DNA from: Candidatus Staskawiczbacteria bacterium
Lineage (GTDB): Bacteria; Patescibacteriota; Minisyncoccia; Minisyncoccales; Staskawiczbacteraceae
Assembly (NCBI GenBank): GCA_041661545.1
Contig: JBAZUH010000001.1
Coordinates: 147,877 to 211,876 of the forward strand
Direction of reading: 5' to 3'
Length of the DNA: 64,000 nt
The notes beneath the pieces are model-generated. The model searched no databases. It had not been told where the DNA came from and saw only the letters and a program-made list of their open reading frames with translations. This document shows positions 9,985 through 19,969 of this stretch, piece by piece; the first letter of the stretch is position 1; the number at the start of each line of letters is the position of its first letter. The translations under genes were made by a program, and so were the position numbers.

Positions 9985-10007
9985 ATTTTTAAGGTAATAT
10001 ATTAAAT

Positions 10008-11075
10008 ATGGATATATCAATAATACTTTTAATAATAATTGCAGTTGGGGTAATAACAGCGGTTTTTTTGTTGCTTCGCAAAAAGGAAGAACCTACCAAA
10101 AAAGATGATGGGTCTATGCTTATGCTTCAACAACAAATAAACCAAATTGCGCAAGCAGTTGATTTAAAACTTTCGGAATCTAATAAAAACGCGCAAGAGC
10201 AGTTTAAATATTCTGCTGACATAATAAAAAATGTAACAGAAAAATTAACCAAGTTAGATGAAACAAATAGACAGGTGGTTAACTTTGCAGACCAATTGAA
10301 TTCATTGCAAGATATTTTAAAAAATCCTAAACAGCGAGGAATTTTAGGAGAATATTATTTAGAAACTGTTTTAAAAAATGTTTTACCACCAGGAAGTTAT
10401 GAAATGCAATATAGGCTAGGAAAAAATGAAGAAGGCGATGAATTAATTCCCGATGCAGTTGTGTTTGTTAAAGAAAAAATTATTCCCATAGATTCAAAAT
10501 TTTCTTTAGAAAATTATAATAGAATTATTGAGCAAAAAGATCCTTTAGAAAAAGAAAAACTAGAAAAAGTATTTGTAAATGATTTAAAAAATAGAATTGT
10601 AGAAACATCAAAATATATTCAGCCATCAAAAGGAACAATGGATTTTGCATTTATGTTTATACCCCACGAAGCCATTTATTATGATTTGCTTATAAATAAA
10701 ATTGGAGCATTAAAAGAGGAAACAGAAAGTTTAATTCAACGCGCAGCCTCTAAATATAAAGTAATTATTGTTTCGCCAACATCATTTTTGGCATATTTGC
10801 AAACAGTGCTACAAGGGTTAAAAGCTATGCAAATTGAGGAACAAGCCAAAGATATTGTAAAAAGGGTTGGAGATTTGATGACGCATCTTAAAAAATATGC
10901 AGAAAAGTACGATAAATTAGGAAAATCACTTTCTACAGTAATTAATCAATACAATGATGGAGGAAAAGAATTTAAAAAAATTGATAAAGACATTATAAGA
11001 ATAACTGGTGCTGAGGAAGCTTTGGGTTATGAGCCTCCCGCATTAGATAAGCCAGATTTAGAAGATGGTGAGTAG
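10008..11075 (+). CDS. rmuC: DNA recombination protein RmuC
   Basis: 355 aa; N-terminal TM, long coiled coil, C-terminal RmuC nuclease-like core (DAVVFV...IPIDSKF, FMFIPHEAIY). Confidence 0.8.
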   Translation: MDISIILLIIIAVGVITAVFLLLRKKEEPTKKDDGSMLMLQQQINQIAQAVDLKLSESNKNAQEQFKYSADIIKNVTEKLTKLDETNRQVVNFADQLNSLQDILKNPKQRGILGEYYLETVLKNVLPPGSYEMQYRLGKNEEGDELIPDAVVFVKEKIIPIDSKFSLENYNRIIEQKDPLEKEKLEKVFVNDLKNRIVETSKYIQPSKGTMDFAFMFIPHEAIYYDLLINKIGALKEETESLIQRAASKYKVIIVSPTSFLAYLQTVLQGLKAMQIEEQAKDIVKRVGDLMTHLKKYAEKYDKLGKSLSTVINQYNDGGKEFKKIDKDIIRITGAEEALGYEPPALDKPDLEDGE

Positions 11076-11131
11076 CGGGGTTGACGAATAGCACATTTTT
11101 TGCTAAGATATATCTATATAAAAACACTCAT

Positions 11132-11437
11132 ATGATAGCAATAATAAAAACTGGCGGAAAGCAATATTTGGTTCAGCCAGGAGACAAAATAAAAGTAGAA
11201 AAGTTATTAAAAGAAGTAGGAGAAGAAGTTGTTTTCTCTGATGTTTTATTAGTGGAAAAATCTAAGAAAGTAGAAATTGGAACACCTTTTGTTACAGCTC
11301 AGGTTCATGCAAAGGTTTTAAAACATGGAAAGGGAGATAAAATAATAGTTTATAAATACAAACCAAAGAAAAGAGAAAGTAGAAAAATTGGTCACAGACA
11401 GCCATATACAGAAGTGGAAATTACAGGAATTAAATAA
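11132..11437 (+). CDS. rplU: 50S ribosomal protein L21
   Basis: MIAIIKTGGKQYLVQPGDKIKVEKL is a canonical L21 N-terminus. Start moved to the internal ATG at 11132 because the longer ORF covers a TTGACG..TAAGAT promoter. Confidence 0.9.
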   Translation: MIAIIKTGGKQYLVQPGDKIKVEKLLKEVGEEVVFSDVLLVEKSKKVEIGTPFVTAQVHAKVLKHGKGDKIIVYKYKPKKRESRKIGHRQPYTEVEITGIK

Positions 11438-11443
11438 AATTTT

Positions 11444-11467
11444 AAAAACCCCGCATTGCGGGGTTTT
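11444..11467 (+). terminator. intrinsic terminator after rplU
   Basis: AAAAA-CCCCGC-ATT-GCGGGG-TTTT. Confidence 0.8.
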
Positions 11468-11472
11468 ATATT

Positions 11473-12243
11473 ATGACAAAAGAAGTAAAATGGCTTCTAG
11501 ATGAGAAGTATAACGGCAAAAAAACAGAAAGTTTTTATAAAGATGTTAAAAGGCTCGAAGCTGGTGAGCCGGTTGATTATGTAATAGGATTTACTGAGTT
11601 TTTGGGTTGTAAAATTGATTTATCTAAAAAACCTTTAATACCACGACCAGAAACAGAATATTGGGTATGTGAAGAGATTAAGAGAATTAGTCGCGTTTTT
11701 GGCGAACGCCAAAAACGCGACTTTTTTGCCTTAGACATGTTTGCGGGGTCGGGGTGCATTGGAATTGCTATTTTGCGCCACGTGAAAAATGTGAAAGTTA
11801 TTTTTGCAGATAAAAGCCAAGATTGTGTTAAGCAAATAAAAATTAATCTTAAAATAAACCATGTCAAAAAGGGTTTTATTGTGCGACAATCAGATATATT
11901 TAGTAATATAAAAGAGAAGGCCGATTACATTTTCGCTAATCCGCCATATATTCCAACAACACGCAGAAGTAGGGTTGGAAAATCTGTTTTAAAATTTGAA
12001 CCGCACAAAGCTTTATTTGCCGGCAAAAATGGACTATTTTTTATAAATAAATTTTTAAAAGATGCCAAAAAATATTTAAATGCCGGTGGAATAATTTTTA
12101 TGGAATTTGATGGTTTGGCAGGCTCGTCACATGCCCCATCGCAGAAAAAAGAAATAGAAAAATTAATAAAAAAATATAAATATTCTAAATGGGAATTTAA
12201 AAAAGATCAATATAACCGTTGGCGCTGGGTCGAAATACAATAA
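11473..12243 (+). CDS. prmC: release-factor glutamine N5-methyltransferase PrmC/HemK
   Basis: 256 aa; SAM-binding DMFAGSGCIG and catalytic NPPY (FANPPYIP). Confidence 0.85.
   Translation: MTKEVKWLLDEKYNGKKTESFYKDVKRLEAGEPVDYVIGFTEFLGCKIDLSKKPLIPRPETEYWVCEEIKRISRVFGERQKRDFFALDMFAGSGCIGIAILRHVKNVKVIFADKSQDCVKQIKINLKINHVKKGFIVRQSDIFSNIKEKADYIFANPPYIPTTRRSRVGKSVLKFEPHKALFAGKNGLFFINKFLKDAKKYLNAGGIIFMEFDGLAGSSHAPSQKKEIEKLIKKYKYSKWEFKKDQYNRWRWVEIQ
11878..11887 (+). repeat. ATTGTGCGAC polar motif copy 1
   Basis: Exact 10-mer inside prmC (read as I-V-R). Confidence 0.9.
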
Positions 12244-12244
12244 T

Positions 12245-12273
12245 TTGACGGAAATTGTCTAATCTGTTAATGT
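12245..12273 (+). promoter_or_regulatory. sigma70-like promoter of cassette I1
   Basis: TTGACG (12245-12250), 17-nt spacer, TAATGT (12268-12273). Confidence 0.45.
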
Positions 12274-12347
12274 TTAGATAAGTTATCATCTCGCGACTGA
12301 GATGCAAACACAAGCAGTTCGTTGTCAACCAAAATAGAGGAAGTAAA

Positions 12348-13697
12348 ATGAAGACGCAAGACATGGAACACAACAGAAAAGGCGCTATAATCGCCGAAGG
12401 TAAGACCAAGAGAATTCACAAAGTTCTTGGTCGACCAGGCTTGGTTATTGTTGAGTCGAAAGACGATATTACTGCCGGCGACGGGGAAAAACATGACGTC
12501 ATCAAAAACAAAGCTGAGCTGTCCACCGCAACAACATGTAATGTGTTTTCGTTGCTCAGGCATTGCGGCTTGCCGGTTGCCTTTGAGGACCAACTAAACC
12601 CCAAGGAATTCTTAGCTCCGGCGCTGGATATGATTCAATTGGAAGTTGTGGGGCGTCGTGTTGCAACGGGCTCTTACCTCCAGCGCAACCCGCACGTTCC
12701 CAATGGTACAGTGTTTCCACGCCTCGTGACCGAGTTCTACTTGAAGACGCACGGCTGCGAGTTCAACGGACACAAGTTCCCGAAAAGTACGCCAGGGAAA
12801 TCCTACGACGATCCGTACATGAAAATCGTCGGCGAAGAAGTCTGGCTCTATAATGCGCACATCCCGTTGGCTACGCAGGAGCCATTCCTCAAGCTTCCGC
12901 TTATCGAGATTTTCCCGAAAAACAACGGGGAAGAAGTGATGGCACGCATGGCTGCGTTGAATACGCTTGCTTTCCTGATCATTGAGAAGGCCTGGAAAAT
13001 CCTCGGCTATGACATGTTGGATTGGAAAATCGAATTTGGCTGGTACAACGACACGCTTTGTATCGGAGACGTGATCGACGCTGATTCGTGGCGTGTGATG
13101 AAGGATGGGCAGAAATTGTCCAAGCAGGCTTACCGTGATAATGAAGGGCTTACTGTGATGGAAAAAGTCCTACGCAGGACGGCAACACTCACCGGTTGTT
13201 TTCGGATTCCCGAGCAGTCTTTGGTGGTATGGAGTGGTTCGCCAAACGATGATACGAACCCCTTCATGACGGCTTTCAAGCTATTCACCGACTCAGGAAT
13301 TCCCGGATTGAACATTCATTGCTTCGTCAGATCTGCTCACAAAGAAACGATTCAGTCGGCGTTTATGTTACAGGACATGGAATTTGGTTGTAAAGGCCTT
13401 GGTGATTCCACCCCATTGCCCGATCCGGTTATCGTCACTAACGTTGGAAGGAGTAATGGTTTGGGACCTATGTGTGCGGCGAATAGCATGGTGCCGGTTA
13501 TCAGTACAGTTCCCGACCCGGTGGATGTCAACTCATCGTTGCGCATGCCCAGCGATGTTCCGCTGATGGTGGTTACCGATCCTAAACTCGCCGTTCAGGC
13601 CGCGCTCAAGATTCTTGCCGGCAGAAATCCTTTATTATGGGCTCTTTTGCGCCTGAAGCAGGAAGAGCGCACGACTAATGCGATTCTGCTTCCGTAA
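12348..13697 (+). CDS. bifunctional SAICAR synthetase / class II AIR carboxylase (PurC-PurE fusion, PAICS-like)
   Basis: 449 aa and GC-rich. N-terminal half carries PurC motifs (EGKTK, SKDDITAGDG, VVGRRVATGSYLQRNP, DWKIEFG, VIDADSWR). C-terminal half carries PurE motifs (RSAHK, GRSNGLGP). The domain order and several blocks match what I recall of animal PAICS. Confidence 0.85.
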   Translation: MKTQDMEHNRKGAIIAEGKTKRIHKVLGRPGLVIVESKDDITAGDGEKHDVIKNKAELSTATTCNVFSLLRHCGLPVAFEDQLNPKEFLAPALDMIQLEVVGRRVATGSYLQRNPHVPNGTVFPRLVTEFYLKTHGCEFNGHKFPKSTPGKSYDDPYMKIVGEEVWLYNAHIPLATQEPFLKLPLIEIFPKNNGEEVMARMAALNTLAFLIIEKAWKILGYDMLDWKIEFGWYNDTLCIGDVIDADSWRVMKDGQKLSKQAYRDNEGLTVMEKVLRRTATLTGCFRIPEQSLVVWSGSPNDDTNPFMTAFKLFTDSGIPGLNIHCFVRSAHKETIQSAFMLQDMEFGCKGLGDSTPLPDPVIVTNVGRSNGLGPMCAANSMVPVISTVPDPVDVNSSLRMPSDVPLMVVTDPKLAVQAALKILAGRNPLLWALLRLKQEERTTNAILLP

Positions 13698-13724
13698 TCG
13701 GTGTAACTCCATTTTTTTATTTTT

Positions 13725-13760
13725 GCCCGCTACGCTTTGCGTTTGCCGGGCTCTTTTTTT
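13725..13760 (+). terminator. intrinsic terminator of cassette I1
   Basis: GCCCG...CGGGC stem with inner ACGC/GCGT, then TC + 7 T. Confidence 0.65.
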
Positions 13761-13778
13761 ATGGTAATATATATTAAT

Positions 13779-14465
13779 ATGCTAGAGAAACAGATAAAAT
13801 TATCACCAAATTCGTTAAACCTTTATTTAGATTGTCCACATTGCTTTTGGTTAGATAAAAATTTGGGCATTAAAAGACCTCCGCCATATCCCTATGCATT
13901 AAATTCTGCAGTTGACGCATTATTAAAAGAAGAGTTTGATACATATAGAGCAAAAAATTTGCCACATCCAATTTTTAAGGAGAACCATATAAAAGCCCAC
14001 TTATTTGGCAACCAAAAACTGTTAAATCAATGGAGGAACAATTTGGCTGGAATAAGATATTTTGATGAAGACTTAAAAGCCACTTTATTTGGTGCTGTTG
14101 ATGATGTTTTAGAATTTGATAATGGTGAACTAGCCCCTTTAGATTATAAATCAACTGGAAGCACAGCAGGAAAAGTTTATGATAGATTTCAGCTTCAGTT
14201 AGATACATATACATTTTTAATGGAAAAAAACGGATACAAAACTCCAAGAAAAGGTTATTTAGCTTTTTATATTGTAGATAAAAGTAGGGGATTTATTGAT
14301 AGATTGCCATTTAGAAAAGAAATTGTAGAAATAGAAACAAATCCATTGGATGTTTATGAAATTTTTAAAGATGCAGTTAAGATTTTAAGAGAACCCCAAC
14401 CTCCAAAACATAGTTTAGATTGTGTTTTTAAAAAGTTTTTAGATGGGGCAAAAAATTTTAATTAA
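13779..14465 (+). CDS. PD-(D/E)XK (Cas4/RecB-like) nuclease family protein
   Basis: N-terminal CPHCFW cysteine pair; D...DYK core (VDDVLEF...LAPLDYKS); QLQLDTY. The start at 13779 (or 13761) was chosen to clear the upstream terminator. Confidence 0.55.
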   Translation: MLEKQIKLSPNSLNLYLDCPHCFWLDKNLGIKRPPPYPYALNSAVDALLKEEFDTYRAKNLPHPIFKENHIKAHLFGNQKLLNQWRNNLAGIRYFDEDLKATLFGAVDDVLEFDNGELAPLDYKSTGSTAGKVYDRFQLQLDTYTFLMEKNGYKTPRKGYLAFYIVDKSRGFIDRLPFRKEIVEIETNPLDVYEIFKDAVKILREPQPPKHSLDCVFKKFLDGAKNFN

Positions 14466-14500
14466 TAGTAATTTAGTGTATAATATAATAAATAATATAA

Positions 14501-16015
14501 ATGAAAATGAAAATTCCTAATTTTTTAAAAAATATATTCACTGACAAGCACAAAAAAAGAAATAGATGGATTGTTGCTATTTTAGTTATAGCTGTATTAT
14601 CATTTTTTGTTTTTGCCCCTAAGGGCGATAATGAATCTATTCAAGCAGGTTTTGTTACAAAACAAAATTTGAAAGAAACGGTTTTATCTACTGGTCAAGT
14701 TGTTAGCTCTACAGACCTTGCATTAAGTTTTCAAAGTGGTGGAGTTGTTACGCGTGTTTCAGTAAAAGAGGGAGATAAAGTTAAAAAAGGAAAAGTCTTA
14801 GCTTCTTTAAATGCAGGCTCAGCTCTTGCTTCTTTAACTTCCGCAAGAGGGGCTTTGGCACAAGCAAAAGCAAACTATGATAAACTAATAGCGGGTGCAA
14901 CATTTAATGATATTAATTCTGGCGTGGTTGTTATAGAATCTAGAAGGATTGTTTTAGATGGAGCATATAACGATGCTTTAAATGCTATTAGCGACGCCCT
15001 GTTAAAATCTTATAATGCTTTAACAGCGGTAACTAATTTGCAAAATACTTATTTTACTGGATTTGACCAGGCTGCCAAAGATGGAAAAGCACAAATTCAA
15101 GCTGCACTTTCTTCTTTAGAATTATCTTCAAACAAAGCAAAAAGTAGCAAATCTTCGGTAGAAATTGATAGCGCCGTATCTACTACAGTTTATTCTTTAA
15201 ACACAATTTCAAGTGCTTTAAAAGTTGTTCGTGATATGTTAGACGAAACTTATTATTATGGCAGAGTGCCTGAATCGGAAAAAACCGCAATTGATACGCA
15301 AAGAACAAACATTAATACTGCCCTAACAAGTGTTACAAATTATCAGCAGGCAGTATCAAATGCAAAAATATCATTATTACAAAGTCGTCCAGAAATTGAT
15401 TTAGCAAAGGGGCAAATATTGTCGGCGCAGGGTCAGGTTGATGCAGCTCAGGCTGTTTTGAATAATTTAATTATTGTAGCTCCAGCTAACGGAACAATCA
15501 CGCAAATAGACGTCAAGGTAGGTGAACAAGCCACCCCACTAAAAACAGCTATAATTTTGCAGGACATAGGCAATCTTTATGCAGAGGCTGATATTAGCGA
15601 AGCCAATATTGCAAGTTTACAAATTGGTCAAACAATAGATTATACTTTAGATGCATTGGGGCCAGACCAGCATTTTAGCGGAAATGTTTTAACAATTAAT
15701 CCTTCATCTACGGTTATTTCTGGGGTAGTCAATTATTTGATAAAAGGTAGTTTAGACAATATTCCAAATATAAAGCCGGGGATGACAGTTAATATCACAA
15801 TTTTAGTTGCAGAAAAAAACGATGTTTTAGCTGTTCCATCAACAGCAGTAATTAATAAAAATAATAAGCAATACGTAAGAGTTATTGATGACTCAAAGAA
15901 AAAAACTTATCACGAAGTAGAAGTAGAAACAGGTTTACGAGCAGATGGCGGTTTGATAGAAATTATCTCTGGATTAAGCGAAGGCCAAGAAGTTATTATT
16001 TATATGAAAAAATAA
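14501..16015 (+). CDS. efflux periplasmic adaptor (HlyD/MacA family)
   Basis: 504 aa; N-terminal TM, biotinyl-lipoyl-like hairpin flanks, long coiled coil, C-terminal beta-barrel; precedes ABC ATPase and permeases. Confidence 0.8.
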   Translation: MKMKIPNFLKNIFTDKHKKRNRWIVAILVIAVLSFFVFAPKGDNESIQAGFVTKQNLKETVLSTGQVVSSTDLALSFQSGGVVTRVSVKEGDKVKKGKVLASLNAGSALASLTSARGALAQAKANYDKLIAGATFNDINSGVVVIESRRIVLDGAYNDALNAISDALLKSYNALTAVTNLQNTYFTGFDQAAKDGKAQIQAALSSLELSSNKAKSSKSSVEIDSAVSTTVYSLNTISSALKVVRDMLDETYYYGRVPESEKTAIDTQRTNINTALTSVTNYQQAVSNAKISLLQSRPEIDLAKGQILSAQGQVDAAQAVLNNLIIVAPANGTITQIDVKVGEQATPLKTAIILQDIGNLYAEADISEANIASLQIGQTIDYTLDALGPDQHFSGNVLTINPSSTVISGVVNYLIKGSLDNIPNIKPGMTVNITILVAEKNDVLAVPSTAVINKNNKQYVRVIDDSKKKTYHEVEVETGLRADGGLIEIISGLSEGQEVIIYMKK

Positions 16016-16019
16016 TAAT

Positions 16020-16736
16020 ATGGCTCTTATCGAAGTTGATAATTTAAAAAAAGATTATATAAACGAAGAAGTTATTACACGTGTTTTGCATGATGTAAGT
16101 TTTAAGATACAAGAAGGAGAATTTGTGGCAATTATGGGGCCCTCTGGTTCTGGAAAATCAACATTAATGCATATTCTAAGTTTTTTAGATAGAGAAACCG
16201 GTGGTATTTATAAGTTTGAAGGAGAAAATACAAAAGATTTTAACGACGATTATTTAGCAAAATTAAGAAATGAAAGAGTTGGGTTTGTTTTTCAATCTTT
16301 TAATTTGCTAGCACGTACAACTGTTTTAGATAATGTAAAATTACCGTTAGTTTATAGCAAGAAAAAAGACCTTGATAAATTAGCAGAGAAAGCTTTAGAA
16401 TCGGTTGGTTTGTCTCATAGGTTAAATTATTTAACTAATCAAATTTCTGGCGGAGAAAAACAACGTGTGGCTATTGCCAGAGCCTTGGTAAATAATCCCG
16501 CAGTAATTTTTGCTGATGAGCCCACAGGAAATTTAGATTCAAAATCTGGCAACACGGTGATGTTTCTTTTGCAAAAATTAAATAATGCAGGACACACTAT
16601 TATTTTAGTTACACACGAAACTGATACAGCCAACCATGCCAAAAGAATTATTAGAATTAAAGACGGCACAATTATTTCAGATGAAAAAGTAGCAAATAGA
16701 ACAATTGCTAGTGCAGAAAAAGATTTAGTTAAATAA
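16020..16736 (+). CDS. ABC transporter ATP-binding protein (MacB/LolD type)
   Basis: Walker A GPSGSGKST, signature LSGGEKQR, Walker B IFADEPTGNLD. Confidence 0.92.
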   Translation: MALIEVDNLKKDYINEEVITRVLHDVSFKIQEGEFVAIMGPSGSGKSTLMHILSFLDRETGGIYKFEGENTKDFNDDYLAKLRNERVGFVFQSFNLLARTTVLDNVKLPLVYSKKKDLDKLAEKALESVGLSHRLNYLTNQISGGEKQRVAIARALVNNPAVIFADEPTGNLDSKSGNTVMFLLQKLNNAGHTIILVTHETDTANHAKRIIRIKDGTIISDEKVANRTIASAEKDLVK

Positions 16737-16737
16737 A

Positions 16738-18009
16738 ATGGATTTTTTGGGAACCATAAAATTAGTATTCAAAACTTTACTTGCCAGAAAAGGCAGGTCC
16801 TTTTTGACTATATTGGGAATTGTTATTGGGGTTGCCGGAGTTATAATTATTATTTCTTTGGGCGCTGGAGCACAAAGTTTAATTTTAGGACAAATAACAA
16901 AATTAGGTTCTAATCTTTTATCTGTTCAACCCGGAAAAAGTAATGAAAACGGTCCACCAGCGCAAGTTTTTGGTATTACCATAACAACTTTAATCAATGA
17001 AGATGCAGATGCTTTAAGAAATAAATCACAAGTTCCTCATGCAGAGGCTGTTGTGGGCATGGTAATGGGATCTGTATCTGTAACTTGGCAAAATAAAACA
17101 ATAGATACCAATTTTATTGGAACAGATTATAATTTTCCAAATGTTTTAAATACTTCTATACAATCTGGGCAATTTTTTGATCAAAGCCAAGGAGAAGGCG
17201 GAGCTAATGTTGTTGTTTTGGGATATTCGGTAGCATCACAACTTTTTGATAACACTGGTATAGAGCCAGTGGGGCAAGTTATTAAAGTTAGAAGTTCAAC
17301 TCAAGAAAAAGCGGGCGGAATACCTTTAAGAGTTGTAGGAGTTATGGCTGAAAAAGGCAGTGCTATATTTTTGGATTTTGATGATCAAGTTTATTTGCCT
17401 CTTACAATTGGACAACAACAAATATTAGGCGTTCGTTATTTAAGAGTTATTGATGTAAAAGTAGATTCACCTGAAAATATAGACCAAACAATTATTGATA
17501 TAGAAAATGTAATTAATCAAAGGCATCGTATAATAAAAGACTCTGATGCTGATTATACAGTAAGAAATATGGCCGATGCTATAGATATTTTAAGCACTAT
17601 AACAGATGCTTTAAGATTATTTTTAACAGCTATGGCTGCAATTGCTTTAATTGTAGGAGGAATAGGTATTTTAAATATTATGTTGGCCACTGTAGCCGAA
17701 AGAACAAGAGAAATTGGTTTAAGAAAGGCAGTAGGTGCTACTAATAAAGCAGTAATGAGACAATTTTTAATTGAGGCAGGGGTGTTAACGTTTCTGGGAG
17801 GAATTATAGGAATAATTATAGGAGTGATTATCTCATATATAGCATCTTTGATTATGCAGTATTTGGGTTATGATTGGGCCTTTGTTATTTCTTTGTGGTC
17901 GGTTCTTGTTGCCATAGGAGTCTCAGTTTTAACAGGGGTAATATTTGGATTGTACCCTGCGCTAAAAGCTTCAAAATTAAATCCAATAGATGCATTGCGT
18001 TACGAGTAA
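16738..18009 (+). CDS. ABC transporter permease (MacB/FtsX type)
   Basis: 423 aa; MacB periplasmic domain plus C-terminal FtsX-like 3-TM module (RTREIGLRKAVGAT, NPIDALRYE). Confidence 0.85.
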   Translation: MDFLGTIKLVFKTLLARKGRSFLTILGIVIGVAGVIIIISLGAGAQSLILGQITKLGSNLLSVQPGKSNENGPPAQVFGITITTLINEDADALRNKSQVPHAEAVVGMVMGSVSVTWQNKTIDTNFIGTDYNFPNVLNTSIQSGQFFDQSQGEGGANVVVLGYSVASQLFDNTGIEPVGQVIKVRSSTQEKAGGIPLRVVGVMAEKGSAIFLDFDDQVYLPLTIGQQQILGVRYLRVIDVKVDSPENIDQTIIDIENVINQRHRIIKDSDADYTVRNMADAIDILSTITDALRLFLTAMAAIALIVGGIGILNIMLATVAERTREIGLRKAVGATNKAVMRQFLIEAGVLTFLGGIIGIIIGVIISYIASLIMQYLGYDWAFVISLWSVLVAIGVSVLTGVIFGLYPALKASKLNPIDALRYE

Positions 18010-18024
18010 AAAGTTTTTAAAGTT

Positions 18025-19287
18025 ATGAATAATAAAATATTTCAACAATCTATAAAAGCTTTATCTGCAAATCCTGTAAGAACAATTTTAACTACATTGG
18101 GTATTGTTATTGGAATCGCAACAGTAATTACAGTTTTATCAGCTGGAGCAGGATTTAGAAGTTTAATAGATGCAGAATTGGCTGCTTGGGGTACAGATAC
18201 TCTTTTTATAGAAACTAGAGTTCCGCCCACAACAAAAAGTTTAGCAAATAATAATGCTGCTTCAGCTGATTTAAGTAGGGCTACTTCAACAGTACAAATT
18301 ACAACTTTTAAAACAACTGATTTAGATGCAATAAAAAAAATAAATAATGTTTCAGGTGCTTATGGCATGACAACTGGACTTTCGGTAGCAAGTTATAGAG
18401 ATAATGCTAAAAGCGCCATTTATTTTGGTGTTGGGGCAGATATGTTTTCTATAGATAAGCACACATTAAAATCAGGAAGATTTTTTACAGAAGCAGAAGA
18501 TAGTGGAGCAATTCAAGTGGTAATTTTGGGTAGCAATTTAGCAGATGATTTGTTTGGACAAGACGATTCTATTGGAAAATTAATTAGAGTTGGCAGTTTA
18601 AATTTTCAAGTAATTGGAGTTTATAATCCACAAGGGTCGCTGTCTGCTGGTGGAGCAGATGATGGTTTATATATGCCCTTGATTACGGCCCAGAAAAAAA
18701 TGCTTGGAGTAAATTATATAACAATTGGTGTTGTGCAGTTGGCAGATGTTAATTTAAGCGATATTACTGCTGAGTTAATTAGGCAAACCATGAGAGATTT
18801 ACATAATGTTAGCAACCCCGATAAAGATGATTTTATGGTTACCACTCAAGCAGATGCAATGAACACTTTTAATACAATTTTTGACGGAATAACAATTTTA
18901 TTAATTGCAATAGCATCTATTTCCTTAATTGTTGGTGGTGTGGGAATTATGAATATAATGTATGTTGTTGTAACCGAAAGAACCGCAGAAATTGGTTTAA
19001 AGAAAGCGGTTGGGGCCACTAATTCAGAAATTTTAAAAGAATTTTTAACAGAATCTATTTTAGTTACTGTTTTAGGTGGAATAATGGGAATTATTTTAGG
19101 AGCAATATTAAGTTGGTTGGTTTCATTTATTGCAACTGCTAACGGATTAGTATGGGTATTTACTGTTCCACTTTACGCAATAATTATTGCAGTAGGGGTT
19201 TCAGCTGTAATAGGAATATCTTTTGGTGTATTGCCCGCCAGGTCTGCAGCAAGGCTTGATCCTATTGAGGCATTGCGTTACGAATAG
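18025..19287 (+). CDS. ABC transporter permease (MacB/FtsX type), second copy
   Basis: 420 aa paralogue of the previous gene (RTAEIGLKKAVGAT, DPIEALRYE). Confidence 0.85.
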   Translation: MNNKIFQQSIKALSANPVRTILTTLGIVIGIATVITVLSAGAGFRSLIDAELAAWGTDTLFIETRVPPTTKSLANNNAASADLSRATSTVQITTFKTTDLDAIKKINNVSGAYGMTTGLSVASYRDNAKSAIYFGVGADMFSIDKHTLKSGRFFTEAEDSGAIQVVILGSNLADDLFGQDDSIGKLIRVGSLNFQVIGVYNPQGSLSAGGADDGLYMPLITAQKKMLGVNYITIGVVQLADVNLSDITAELIRQTMRDLHNVSNPDKDDFMVTTQADAMNTFNTIFDGITILLIAIASISLIVGGVGIMNIMYVVVTERTAEIGLKKAVGATNSEILKEFLTESILVTVLGGIMGIILGAILSWLVSFIATANGLVWVFTVPLYAIIIAVGVSAVIGISFGVLPARSAARLDPIEALRYE

Positions 19288-19334
19288 TGGACTGATATAA
19301 TTAAATAATATAAATTAAACTAAGTAAAAAATAT

Positions 19335-19961
19335 ATGTTTAAATTTAATAAAGAGCATGGGCAAGCTTCTAAACTACTTTTAGTTTTAGCAGTAGTTATA
19401 TTAGTGGCTGTTATTATTACATTTTTAATTTTAAAAATGACAGAAAAGCCGCCCGCACCACCAGTAACTCCAGAAGTAGAGGTTCCTTTGCCGGTTTACG
19501 AAAAAACATTGGGAAATATTAGATTTGTCTTTTTAACAGCAATTGATAAGGGAAATGTATTAAAGGGTTCTGAAGCGGTTAATGCTCAATTCTCTAACGC
19601 CAAAGACCTTGTTATTGGTAATCCAGGAGCAAAATTTATAACAGTTACAATGGGAGCGCAGAATGTTGGTACTATAAACACAGATAAAAATGCATGGAAA
19701 ATAGAAAATATTATTGATTCGCGAGGAAGAAATTTTGTTCCGCTTGATGGATATGTGGTTAGTGCATGGATTCCAAATCCTAATTTATGCGGAAATTTAT
19801 TAAAACCTGCATTTGATCCAACTCCTTGCACAAAAATATATGAAGTTTCTAAAGAATCAACTGGATTAAAAGTAAGAGTAATGACTGGAAAAAACAACTC
19901 TACAGCTAATAACAATATAGATAAAAATGATACGTTTTTAATTGATTTAATAGTTAAATAA
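19335..19961 (+). CDS. membrane-anchored extracytoplasmic protein, unknown function
   Basis: 208 aa; N-terminal TM, proline-rich linker, beta-rich body. Confidence 0.45.
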   Translation: MFKFNKEHGQASKLLLVLAVVILVAVIITFLILKMTEKPPAPPVTPEVEVPLPVYEKTLGNIRFVFLTAIDKGNVLKGSEAVNAQFSNAKDLVIGNPGAKFITVTMGAQNVGTINTDKNAWKIENIIDSRGRNFVPLDGYVVSAWIPNPNLCGNLLKPAFDPTPCTKIYEVSKESTGLKVRVMTGKNNSTANNNIDKNDTFLIDLIVK

Positions 19962-19969
19962 TAAAAATT

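Noticed and set aside
12267-13566. Multiple ORFs overlapping the PurC-PurE gene: six antisense (12267-12593, 12416-12604, 12612-12860, 13130-13315, 13352-13546 and 12197-12409, all -) and one same-strand out-of-frame (13384-13566, +)
   Set aside because: These are typical shadow ORFs of GC-rich coding DNA. The + strand 449-aa frame has clear PurC/PurE motifs, and the others have none and look like low-complexity translations.
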